The notes beneath the pieces were generated by a model. The model saw nothing but the letters and a program-made list of their open reading frames with translations. It was not told the DNA's origin and did no database searches. A program made the position numbers and the translations under genes. DNA of 64,000 nt from Lepidodermella squamata (lineage: Eukaryota > Animalia > Gastrotricha), in the NCBI GenBank assembly GCA_047495785.1, contig JBLDXI010000002.1:496001-560000 (forward strand), read 5' to 3'. Shown piece by piece: positions 39,981 through 51,689 of the stretch; positions within the stretch are counted from its first letter, which is position 1; every line of letters begins with the position of its first letter.

Positions 39981-41235
39981 TCATTGCACTATAGCTGCCA
40001 TCAGAATTGCATCGACAATAACAGTGATTAAAGTCATGATGCCGAAGAATACACTGTCAACAACCCTAATGAAGGACATCCCACTTTTGATCTCCACCCA
40101 GCATCTAAAAGTCATTTTCTGCTTGAAATACTCAACCCTAGCAAGCTGGCACGACATTTGGCAATACAACGAGCAAATGACACTTGCGCAAAAGTGGAAA
40201 TTTAGAAAAATCGTAATCAAAGGCGTTTCCGCACTTTTTGGCAGCTTCTCGTCTATCGACGATTGAAGAACAGAAAAAGCGAGAACGATTGTCAGAGCTA
40301 TAGAAGATCGTTCAGCCTCTCGTGGCGGCACGAAACCTGTTCCGAGCTGTAGCAACATCAGGCCGAAAGAGGGTACAAAAATCGAAGTGATATACACCTG
40401 AGATTGGCGTCGGTAAAAGAACTGATACGTTATATGATCGTAAGACTCAGGCAGGCCGGCGTAGGTGAGATTGTAAATGATGGCTTCGTAAGAATCGAGC
40501 GTCCATAAACTGCTTTTCTCAATAAAAGTCTCTGGATCTAGTCGAAGAGGTGGCGCGGTGCCATTTGGCGGGAAAATCATTTGAACCCAACTCCGTTCTC
40601 GCCAGCCTTCCACGTGTAGTGTGCAGTTTTGAACATCAAATGGAAATAATCGGTAACTATAGCCAAAATTTCAAACAATTGCTGAAAACTTCAGAGATTT
40701 AACTTTACTTGAATGTGCATTTGTATTCGAATTTTGAATAAATATTCCATTGGAAAGTTCCGTCTCGATTTATGACCACCGTGCTCCGCCGTCCAGTTGG
40801 CATAATGAATTCAGCATCTTCCGCTGCGTTTATGAACAGGAAATTCGGGTACCAGTAGTTGTACATCCAATCTTCAATGGATTCGACCTTATTAGGAAAG
40901 GGGTACGAGTCGTTCCATGACACACATGGATGCTTCCAAGCCATATTAATTTGTCCGACAAACGAAACTCTGGAATGTTCAAATTTTAGAAACGTTGCAA
41001 ATCAGGCAAAAGCTTACATTTCTTCATCGATTCCGCGGAATCCATTTGCGTGAAGAGTTAGAGTGACCGGGACAGTTTCATTGAACTGGGCAGCTGGCCT
41101 CGCTTTCGAGTGTAACGTACAGGATTCTACCAGTGTCCTTAGTACCAGCTCCTCCTCGGGGACATATTTCGGCGAGTAATCGCTAGCTTCGGCCATCGAG
41201 CCAACAGGCAACAAAATCAAGAGGCACACGATCAT
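39981..41235 (-). CDS. Cys-loop (pentameric) ligand-gated ion channel subunit 1 (~384 aa); exons 41235-41018, 40969-40709, 40656-39981
   Basis: Signal peptide; ARP; WYPNFLFIN (loop A); Cys-loop CTFNYRLFPFDVQNC (C-x13-C); four TMs; M2 AERSSIALTIVLAFSVL; LPKS in the M2-M3 loop. Confidence 0.92.
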
Positions 41236-41499
41236 TTTCTATTTCCCGCATAAAATTCGAGAGACGGAAGATGTGCGAAAGCTCCTTTCATCGATTATTT
41301 AATCTCTTTTCAAGAGTTACTCAGCTCGCCGTAGATAGATTCAACACATTTTTAATAGCATTTATTACCTAGAAAAGAGGCTTAATTAAACCAAGATTTC
41401 AAAAGAAGCTTTACTAAATTTGAAAAATGACGGACCACGCTTAAAATACCGGAAGAACACACCATGAAATTCCGACAAGATGAAATAAAATATTGATAT

Positions 41500-42733
41500 T
41501 TAGTCCAGCAACGAGATGATTAATCCAATGTCGACAATCGCCGTTATGACTGATGCTGTGCCGAAAAATAGCAAATCCAGCATCCTTATGGCGCTTAATT
41601 TGCTAGCGGAGAACAATTTTTGCTTGAACATCGACATCCGAGCCAGCTGGCACGAAAGTAGCGTATAGGCGGAGCAAGTCACACTGACGCCGAGTTGGAA
41701 ACTCAGGAAAATCGTGACTAAAGGAATTTCCGAGCTTTTCGGTAGCTTGTCTTCGATTGAAGATTGAAGCACGGCGAAAGCTAAGACGATCGTAAGAGCA
41801 ATTGAAGACCTCTCCGGCTCTCGTGGAGGCACGAATCCCGTCATGAGTTGCAGTATCATCAGCCCGAAAGACGGAACGAAAATCGAAGTGACGTAGACCT
41901 GGGATTCCCGTTTGAAGTAGAATGAGTAGCGAATATGATCGTAGGATTTGGGGAGACCGGCGTAGGTGAGGTTGTAGAGGTCTGCGTCGTAACCAGCCAG
42001 CGACCACAAGCTACTTCTCTCCATGAATCGCTCAGGCTCGATTTGGATAGCGAGGCTCGAATCATTCGTTGGAAATACCATGTTGACCCAATCTCTCTCA
42101 CGCCAACCTTCGACATGTAGCGTACAATTCTGGGTGTCAAATGGGAATTCTCGGTAACTGAAAATTTCGAATTTTTAAGGAGGAATTTTTTCGGATTATA
42201 CTTACTTAAAGAGGCATTTAAACTCGAATTTCGCGTAAACATTCCATTCGAAAGAGCCCGTTCGTCGGATCACTACAGCAGTTCGCCGGCCAGTTGGCAT
42301 GAGGAACACAGCATCATCAGCTGCATTGATGAATAAGAAGTTCGGGTACCAGTAGTTGTACATCCAATCCTCGACTGATTCGACTTTATTCGGGAAAGGG
42401 TAGGTATCATTCCAAGAGACACAAGGGTGCGTCCAGGCCATGTTTATCTGACCAACGAATGACACTCTGTCGGAGTTAAAACCTTCATTGAAATGATTTC
42501 ATGCGCCTGAAAGCTTACATTTCGTCGTCGATTCCTCGAAACCCGAAGGCTAGAAGTGTTAGAGACACTTGCATCGTCTGTTCATAGCTCGCGACTGGTC
42601 GTGCCTTAGAGTAGACGCTACATTCTTTTATGAGCCACTGCAGTATCGCCTCTTCCTCAGGCTCGTAAATCACTGCTAAAGCAGCCGCCAAGATTAAAGA
42701 AGTTGAAAGTGCGAAGAAAATTAAAAAGGCCAT
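41500..42733 (-). CDS. Cys-loop ligand-gated ion channel subunit 2 (~377 aa); exons 42733-42519, 42466-42206, 42157-41500
   Basis: CLFNYREFPFDTQNC; PERSSIALTIVLAFAVL; same intron positions as subunit 1. Confidence 0.92.
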
Positions 42734-43172
42734 TTTGTAAGGTTTTATGCCACTTTTACCAGAGCTCGTAAACCCTACATTGGCCTACAATGTTTGGTCC
42801 TTGGTTTTTTCGATTAGCGTGAGCCTGGACTGCTTTAGGGGAATTCTTTCCCAGAACCTTGAGGGTAATTTCGATTTTTACCCTACAGCGGCAATCACGT
42901 TAATGAGACCCTCAACTCAAACATCATCGTGTGGGGCCAGGCTCTTGATTTCTGTCCTAAAAAATCGAGTCTCAGACCCTCGAGCTAAGCAAAAAAATCA
43001 CGGAGCAAATACAACATTAACCTGAATGATGTGTTTTTATCAATAAATAAATTCCCCCACGAGCAAGCAGAGCTCCGATACTCATAAATCATTTACTAGC
43101 GATTTGCTGGCAAAATCTCGCTTTTATTCGGGAATGTTATTAAGATAGTTAAACTGAAAGTTCTGCTCTCGA

Positions 43173-44413
43173 TCACTGTGCCATTGCTCCGATCAGCCCA
43201 ATGTCGACAAAGAGCGTGACGACTGATATCGAACCGAAAAAGGTAAGGTCCAAGCAGCGAATCGCGGTGAATCTTGTCCGCATGTAATACTTTTTCTCGA
43301 AATATTCCATTCGAGCTAGTTGGCACGATAACAAGCAATAAATCGAGCAGACGACACTGACGGCAAGCTGATAGCTCATGAATATGGTCACCAGTGGAAT
43401 TTCCGAACTTTTCGGTATTTTGTCCTCGATCGAAGACTGAAGAACGGCGAAGGCTAAAACGATCGTCAATGCAATCGAAGACCGTTCGGGTTCTCTTGGT
43501 GGAACAAAGCCCGTGCAAAATTGCAGAATCATCAGACCGAAAGAAGGGACGAAAATTGAAGTGACATAGACCTGAGATTGCCGCGTGAAGTAGAACGAGT
43601 ATCTGATGTGATCGTACGACATAGGGAGACCAGCGTAGGTTAGATTGTAGAGCGCGGCGTCGTAGTCGGATAGATACCAAAGACTGCTTCGTTCCATGAA
43701 ACGTTCCGGTTCAATTTGAATCGCCTGACTTGAGTCATTGTTGGGGAACAACATGTCGACCCAGCCTTTTTCACGCCAATCCTCTACGTGAAGCGTGCAG
43801 TTTTGTGTATCGTACGGAAAGTTTCGATAACTGAAGAACCAACAGAAAATTTCAGATTTTTTAGTCCTATCAAGACTCTTACTTGAATAAGCATTTGAAT
43901 TCAAATTTCGCGTATATGTTCCATTCAAAGGACCCAGTACGCCGAATAACCACTGAAGTTCGCCTACCCATCGGCATGATGAATTCAGCGTCATCAGCTG
44001 CGTTGATGAATAGGAAATTTGGGTACCAGTAATTGTACATCCAATCTTCGATAGACTCGACCTTGTTCGGAAACGGATATGTATCATTCCAACGAACGCA
44101 GGGATGAATCCAAGCCATGTTGATTTGGCCAACAAATGACACTCTGTTGGATAAAAAATTCATGAAAAACATCCGAGCTTATATCACGTTACATCTCGTT
44201 TTCAATTCCTCGAAATCCAAAGGCTAGTAGGGTTAGCGTAACTGGCATAGTCTGTTCGTAACTTGCGGCTGGTCGAGCTTTCGAAAATAGACCGCATTCC
44301 TGTATCAGCCATTGAAGAATTGTTTCCTCCTCGGGAACGTAAGACAGCGCAGATACTGTTACTGTTAGGATCCCCAGCAAGCTAACGACGCAAAAGGTAG
44401 GCGCTATCATCAC
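43173..44413 (-). CDS. Cys-loop ligand-gated ion channel subunit 3 (~379 aa); exons 44413-44193, 44143-43883, 43830-43173
   Basis: CLFNYRNFPYDTQNC; PERSSIALTIVLAFAVL; same intron positions as subunits 1 and 2. Confidence 0.92.
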
Positions 44414-45311
44414 TTCCGCTGGGTAGTAGGTTCGAGAGTGATTTCGCCTCCCTCAACCGACCGTTCTCCGATCGGTTGAAAAAACAAAACAGCGAATAGG
44501 CAATTTTGTTTTCTTAGCTGTTGCGAAGTGCGAGTATAATCATTTCGCCTTGAATAATTTATGAATTCGCAGATTTTGCACCGCGTCTCCTGCGTTACGG
44601 AATCTCGCCCACTGCAGCAGTCATGTAGCATGTAGCCCAAAATTATATCCGATCATAAATACTAAATTCGGATAGGAGGTCTCCAGGTAACAAACCGCGC
44701 TACCCTCGTGAGAAGTGATAAGAGTTGCCCTAATTCCGTGATGTTCGTTCATACTCAACTCATAAAAAACGGTTCGTATTACATGGAACATGGAAAACGA
44801 CGAGATAAGCGATGTATTTCGTCAATTTTATTTGAGCAATTTATCAATGTCTCATCATAGAGAATAGAATTATATTTAAATATTTGAAATTTTCTAAGGA
44901 AATTGGTGAGGAAATATGTTAACTGATTCATTCCATCTTCTCATTGGCAGTAGGCAGTAGGCAGCCAATCCTCTATTCCTTTGAATCAACAAATGACCAG
45001 CAAAAAAAAAGACATATAGTTATCATATTAAAAAATTTGATGTAATACCAAAGATTTGTAGTTAAAAAGAGACGAAGTATTGATACAGAAGCTGCGATGA
45101 AAATGTTAACCCCGTTTTGCAGACATGGCACATAAGGTGTTTGAATTGTGGAACATCTATATGCGTCAGATAATTTGAAAAGCAAACAAATTAGATTACG
45201 ATCTGGATCAACCTGGTGCAGCACACGCTGTTGTTTCACAAGTCGCACGAATCTCAATCTAAAACGGGGTAGGTTCAGTCAAAGTTTTCTTTTCTTTTGA
45301 GAACAGCAATA

Positions 45312-46403
45312 ATGAACATGCTGGTTACCTTCTTCCTAATGGTGGCTGCTCTCGTTCTGTCAGCCAACTCAATTAACTTCAATTCAGTTGTAAGTTCAAT
45401 TCAGACCCGTGGGCCTATAATTTTTGTCCTTATGAAACAGATAGACAACGATCTCGAAGAGCTGTTTGGTCACGCTGATGCTGGTGGTATCAATGGCATG
45501 ATTCAAACGCTGAAGAAAGGCCGAGTTACTATCAACTCTCGTTACGCTCGAGAATTCCCCATCCTGCCCTACAAATGTCCCGGAAAAACTCTTCGAAATG
45601 GCACAGCTCTAGCCCGCGCTGCTCAGTGCTGGCAAAGTGCGTCGGTTCTCAAGAACTACATCGAAATGGGCGCCAATGTGGACGACAAGGACGATGACGG
45701 CTGGGGCGCGTTGATGTTCGCCGCTGATGGCGGAAATCTCGAATCTGTTAAGCTGCTGCTGGAAAAGGGCGCGAAAATTGACATCCGTGACAACAAGAAC
45801 TGGACCGCATTGATGCGAGCTGCTTACCAAGGCCGGGCCCGAGTTGTCAAGTTGTTGTTGGAGAAGGATTCGAGCGATGTTGAACAAGAAAAGGTGAAAG
45901 CGTTGTTTCTAGCTGCTAGCCATGGCCGAACTGAGGTTGTTGAAGAAATGGCCGAATATGGTATTGACTTGAACAGTCGTGATGATGAGAACTGGACGCC
46001 GATGATCCGAGCCGGTTGGAATGGCCATGCTGAGGCAGCGGCTGTTTTCCTGAACAGAGGCGTCGATCCTGATCAGGTCAGCCGCTGGGGCTGGCGGACA
46101 CTTTCTGAAGCTGCGTACCACAACTTGATCGACGTGGCGAAATTGTTCATCAGCCATGGAGCAGAGGTAAATTTCGCCAACGAAAATGGAGTCACCCCGC
46201 TGCAAATGGCGTCGATGAATGGGCATTACGATATGGTTCGAATTCTGGTCTCTGCTGGTGCTGATATCGATGCGAAATCGCCTGTTGCGAACAGTAAGAC
46301 TGCTCTACAGTATGCAGCGGAAAACAGCCATGCTAAGATCGTCAAATTCCTGCTGGCCCGTGGTGCCGATAGAACCGGCTGTGTTTCCTCACTCTGCCGC
46401 TAA
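45312..46403 (+). CDS. Ankyrin-repeat protein with N-terminal signal peptide (~346 aa, ~8 repeats); probable intron 45390-45440
   Basis: MNMLVTFFLMVAALVLSANS leader; repeats GWGALMFAADGG, NWTALMRAAYQG, NWTPMIRAGWNG, GVTPLQMASMNG, SKTALQYAAENS; 51-nt GTAAGT..AAACAG intron. Confidence 0.88.
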   Translation: MNMLVTFFLMVAALVLSANSINFNSVVSSIQTRGPIIFVLMKQIDNDLEELFGHADAGGINGMIQTLKKGRVTINSRYAREFPILPYKCPGKTLRNGTALARAAQCWQSASVLKNYIEMGANVDDKDDDGWGALMFAADGGNLESVKLLLEKGAKIDIRDNKNWTALMRAAYQGRARVVKLLLEKDSSDVEQEKVKALFLAASHGRTEVVEEMAEYGIDLNSRDDENWTPMIRAGWNGHAEAAAVFLNRGVDPDQVSRWGWRTLSEAAYHNLIDVAKLFISHGAEVNFANENGVTPLQMASMNGHYDMVRILVSAGADIDAKSPVANSKTALQYAAENSHAKIVKFLLARGADRTGCVSSLCR

Positions 46404-46755
46404 AGCTCCAGTTTCTCATGTTTCTAAGTTGTTTTTAATATTGAATCGGTTAGCTGAAATCATTGAAATAAAATGTTCTGAGTTGCTTGTAAACGTTTCC
46501 TCGTGAATTCCAGTGTACCCAGTAGGTATGGAAATGCGAAGGGGTCTGGGTGATAACGGCACTCAGCTGATTAGTTGTAGTGATAAAATGTGAAGTACAC
46601 AACGATAAAACGAACTGATAAAGTGCTAATTCATTAGCTTTTGAAAGCGAAAGCACTCATCAACTGTTATTAGTACAAATCATTAATCAAGATTTATTTA
46701 CAATTATTCACGAATATGATTGTCAATCCAATCTTGAATAAAATTCGCTTGGGTG

Positions 46756-49153
46756 TTAATATTCGTCTTCTTCAGGTTCGGCTCTTGGCTTCGGAGTCTT
46801 CTTGGCTGGTTTCGGTCTCACCACGGGCTCTTCCTCGGGTTGCGGACCCATATCCATAAGCTTCCGGCTAACTGGAGCTCGCGAAATTGGCTTGAACGAT
46901 TGGTCATTCATTTTGAAAATTTTCTCGCGAGCCAGCGTGAATTTGGAAATAATGGATTCAAGCTCGTTTCTTCGAGCAACGCTGGTCTCGTCCTCCATAA
47001 AGAGGCGGTCCCTTTCATCCGCGTCAACGATACGCTCGGTCCACAGTTTCAGGAGGCGGGGCATCAACGTGTCACAAACCGCCTCGATCATGTGACGGGT
47101 TACTGATTTCACCATCGCTGATACCATTGGATCACGAACTCGATCCGTATATCGAACAGCTAGGTTGCCTGGATTGAAAGTTTAATAGTAAGTTTGTTAG
47201 AAGAGGTTTTAATAAAAACTTACGGTACGATGCGACAGTCTCTGGGGTAATTCGGCTAATGCCGTCCTTCATCAAAGAATTCTCCTCGAAATCATCGCTA
47301 GCTTCTTGAGCAGGTTCAGGCTCGTGTTCGCTACTGGAATCGTCAATGTCACTTTTATCCTGGTCATCGTCATCGCTTGCTTCATCAGCGACGGGTTGGG
47401 GTTTCTTCAACGGCGCAGGTTGTCTTGGCTTTGGAACTGGAACTTGAGCTCGTCTAGCCGATGGGGCGGCTGAAGTTTCTGACTTGTTATCGTTGACATC
47501 GTCTTCCTTACGTAATTCGTCAAGGTTGATGTGCGCCTGTTGCACTTCGGCCAGTTCCTTCGTGGCTTTCAAAGCCTTCGCCTGCTCCTCATCCAAAATG
47601 TCTCGAGTCATTTTCATAATCTCTCCAGACAGAACCGGCAGACGGTGCATGTTGTGTTCCAACTCTTCATGAAGATCGATGCACTGGCTGACTTCGTTCA
47701 ACATAGCCTGGTGAACAGCCCGAACACACTCTCGGCCGACTGAAACGAAATTCTCCAGCATAAGTTGGACAATGCGTTTGCAGGCTTCGTCTTTGAACGT
47801 AGCTTCGCCAACAACTCCGCTAGCGTTGGCGATGATTGTTTGAATCTGTTCTCCAGTCAACTCGAGGGCAAGTTGTCGAATCCTGGCTGGGAGGGCGTAA
47901 TTGAAGAGCTCACGAATTGCCGTTGAAGCCGTGACTCTTTTAGACACTTTCACTTGATTACCACTGGTTCGAGCTGTTTTGCCAGTTATCGCGTATTGGT
48001 AGGCCTCGGCGTAATCTAGGGTAACATCTACTGCTGAGTGAAGGTAGTCTGCAACATCACGAGTTTCCCCCAACTCTTCCCGCTCTTCTCGATAGGAAGA
48101 CAAGCGCAGAGTGATTTCTTGAATGATTTTTGGGGTCGCCTTAGCGATTTCTGTATGCAGAATCTTGACCAGAGTTTCAGCTAGGATCTTAGAACCGTGT
48201 TTCTTGGCCAGCGCCGGGTTATGGCCGAGGGCTTTTTTGAGTTTGGCTTCCTCAGCCGACCTTGCTCTGTCGAGAGGCACTGCTTCTTCCAAATCTTCGA
48301 TCGATCGATTGATAACCCCGACAATGCCGCGTTTCGCCACCAAAGTCTTCTCCTGAAGCATCTTTTCCAGAGTTTTCGGGTCGACCTTATCCAGATGAGT
48401 CAGGACCACGAGAGTCCGTTCGCCTGTTGGGTCGACACTTCGAGCGATTTGAATGGCTTTATTCGCCTTGTAGTCATCATGGGCTGCGTGGACTAGCACG
48501 ATTATCGTCTCTGGGATGTTGATATACTTCTTCCACATCTTTTCGACGTAGGTCGAGACATCGCGGTGAGAAGCGTCGTCGAAAATGAGACCTGGCAGAT
48601 CGACGAAGGCTAGCGGAACTGTGTTCCTAATGTAAAGCTCCATTGAGATCGGTTTATCGGACAAGCCTCCTTTCGTTGCCGGCGCTAGTTGGGCTGATAT
48701 TTCCATGAGCCTATCAGCAGTTTCGCTTGCTGGAACTTGTTCGACCTGTTTAGAGGCGACCCCTCGCTTATCGACTACTGAATACTCGATTTTCGCCCAG
48801 TCTTGGTCGCTGAATGGGCCTTTCAGCTTGCCGCGCTCGAAGATTTTGATTTCCAAAGGGCTTTTCGTTGACGTTTCCCTGCCTTTTGGCAAAATTTCGA
48901 GGCCGATGAGAGTTTCGACCGTTGAAGATTTGCCATGGCTCTGTAGCCCTATGAAGACTAGCCGAGGAGTTTTGATGGCCTTGAAATCCTTCTGGAAATC
49001 GTCATCGCCCAGCTCGTCCAATATGGCTTGGGCTTCTGTAAAGGCACTCAAACTTGCACTGCTGAGTTGAAGCATTGAGATGTATTGTGTTGATTTTTGG
49101 TTAGACTGGTAAATTGCTTCTAAATTGCGACTTATATAGCCCTGATGGCCCAT
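46756..49153 (-). CDS. Divergent dynamin-superfamily GTPase (Drp1/Vps1/Mx-like, no PH domain; ~780 aa); exons 49153-47224, 47168-46756 (start could be the ATG at 49075)
   Basis: G1 GLQSHGKSS, G2 TSTKSPL, G3 DLPG, VDPTGERTLVVL, G4 THLD, GIVGVINRS; helical middle domain; acidic insert; GED-like C-terminus. Confidence 0.9.
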
Positions 49154-49874
49154 CCTTGTCCGACAGACGGTGACACATCTTGCAAAAAGCAGTTTTAATC
49201 ATAGTATAACCTTGACAAATTATTGTTTGGGAATTTTCTTCTGCAAACAAAGATCAGTTTAATCACACACACTCCCGATGAATTTGTATCTATTTTAGTA
49301 TATTCTGATAAGCTCAGGAGTGCAACTTCTTTTTATCGCTTGTTTGCAAAGCTATTTCCATGGAACGGTGGTGATTCAAATCCCAAGAATGAATTAGGAT
49401 TGTCATCCCAGCTCAAATAGAAAAGCGACCATGCCGTAATTTTCAGGGTAGCTCGGAGTAACATTGTTGTATAATCAGGTGGCGATCTTGGATCCCGGAG
49501 CTGCCGGGGATGGAAAACAATTTTTTTTGCCGTATTTGCCAAAATGACTGGTCATTGCGTTCAAGTCGCGGAAGAACCCACACTTTGGTGATTTTCTATT
49601 TTACAGTATTGCAAAGTACAGTTCTCGCAGCTGTAAATAAATGTTCAGCCGGTTGAAGCTGTACAGTCTTGTACAGTGCGTCGTATGTACTGCATAGTAC
49701 AGCTCAGATCGGCTGTAAAGCTCAGTACAATTCAAAGACAATGTAGTACAATGTACATCTCGAATCGGCTGTAGCGCTTAGTACAGTTCATGACTGTACT
49801 CTTGCGTACAGTGTCGATCGAACTGTAGTCGATTGCACAGACAGAGATCGCCAATACCCAGGATGCAAATATTC

Positions 49875-50067
49875 GGTAGGACGTCAAAACAGCGAATGCG
49901 CAGAACAGCGAAACCGACATAACAGCGAAAGCGACGAAACAGCGAAAAATCCTCCCCAAAATGCTGTGTAATGTCCTATATTAAAATCGCTGTTATGTCG
50001 CAAATTAGATTTTTCGCTGTTTTGTCGTGTTCGCTGTTTCGGGTATTCGCTGCTATGGCGGTCTGCC
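49875..50067. mobile_element. MITE with GG termini (Merlin- or MULE-like)
   Basis: TSD AAATATTC (49867-49874, 50068-50075); imperfect inverted arms built from AACAGCGAA subrepeats. Confidence 0.75.
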
Positions 50068-50608
50068 AAATATTCGGCTTGCGGCATAGAAAATACGTAA
50101 GCCGCGGAACTAGTTGATACTAGCTAATTAAAATTTCTGACAGCTGGGAGGTTTAGTACTTGTTCTTCGTAGGGTTGACCAAGGTGGATAATAGATAATA
50201 GATACCAAGATAGATGACCAAGGCTGGGCATGATGTTTTCACACTTCATTTGCTGTTCAACGTTTATTGTTTATTCAATCGCACGTAAATCATCGTCGCG
50301 CGTCGCGCCAATCGGAGCGCCGAATCGAAGTAACATGTACGCCATTTTGCTCTATATTATACAGTCATTTGAGCTGTACTGAGGGTACGGTTCGTCGGGC
50401 GGTACAACAAGTACAGTTATTTGGACTGTATCTCCCGCTACAGTCAATAATAGCTGTAATTGCTAGTACAGCTAAACGAACTGTACTCGCAGTACAGTAA
50501 AATGAACTTTACCCGCTGTACAGCTCGAGTGGACTGTTCCGTTCGTACAGCATTGGAGACTATTACTAGGATTACAGCCTAAAAATACTGTACTTGAGAG
50601 TACAGGAG

Positions 50609-51066
50609 GATTTACCTGTACTTGCACAAACGATTTTGCACAAAAGCATTTGCACAAATGCAGCTGCACAAAATATTTTGCGCAAACTCCATTTTCATAG
50701 CGGATTTCATCATTCAATGCCTAGAAAAACTGTCTAACGCAAGGGCAGCGCAGTGATAGTAGCAGAAAAAATGGACATGGCATCGTTGATTGATTGATTT
50801 CAGCTTCATTTCTTCAATTCATCATTGCCCTACGTCCGAACGTGAAACTCGCCACCCCTTGTAATTTAAACTCGAATCGGACGCATTAAAATATCTCAGA
50901 AATCAGGATCTTTGATGCTCATGGGCTTTGCCTTCAATCTGGTATATTCAATTTTCTTATTAAACTTGATTCCGCTTGAAAAATGCAGTTTGTGCAAAAT
51001 ATTTTGTGCAACTGCATTTGTGCAAATGCTTTTGTGCAAAATCGTTTGTGCAAGTACAGACATCCC
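50609..51066. mobile_element. MITE (MULE-like) with ~85-bp TIRs
   Basis: TIRs of TGCACAAA subrepeats (ctgtacttgcacaaacgattttgcacaaaagcatttgcac and its inverse); TSD TACAGGAG (50601-50608, 51067-51074). Confidence 0.85.
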
Positions 51067-51611
51067 TACAGGAGTTTTTTGCCTAAAGTGCGGGTTCTTT
51101 TCCGCGACGTGAACGATTTGAACTAAAAACCGAGCGAATCGAGAAAATTTTGAGGATTTCCCACTAAAACAAAGCCTCCAAAGTGGACGAAGCAGTGGGA
51201 TATATTCCTATTTTGTTGTCTGGCCCGGCCGAGCTGGGGGATGTTCCTCCATTCCCCTCCTGAAAGTCGCACACTGTGTATAATCATCAACAAATCATTA
51301 ACAAATTAACATTTGCTTCTTTTCTGTTACCTATTCAATTACAAAATTAAATATCCGACGCATTATCATAGCAACGGTTGCCACGTTGCTAGATCTCCTC
51401 AAGACGTAACGCTCTATCGGATAATTAACTTAACATGCAATAGCAGCGCCATGTTCCTTAATCTGCTTTTCATGTTTTCTCTGTAAAATGCGGAATGTGG
51501 TAAATTCCCCATGGGACCTAAAAGACCAAAAGTAGTTTTTAGTTGTTATCATGATAAATATCATTCATTAATGCGTGAACAATCCATATTTACCCTCTAG
51601 GAAAGTGGGAG

Positions 51612-51680
51612 GTCGTATGATTTAGGCAGGCCGGCATAGGTTAGGTTGTAGAGGTTGGCGTCGTAACCAGCCCGCGACCA
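51612..51680 (-). pseudogene. 69-bp orphan fragment of a Cys-loop receptor gene (loop C region)
   Basis: Translates WSRAGYDANLYNLTYAGLPKSYD versus WSLAGYDADLYNLTYAGLPKSYD in channel 2. Confidence 0.85.
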
Positions 51681-51689
51681 CATAAGGTA

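Larger units (their letters stand above)
49558..51115. mobile_element. Non-autonomous TIR element rich in TACAG/CTGTA motifs, host to two nested MITEs
   Basis: Left cgttcaagtcgcggaagaacccacactttgg versus reverse complement of the right end cgttcacgtcgcggaaaagaacccgcactttagg. TSD not clear. Confidence 0.65.
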
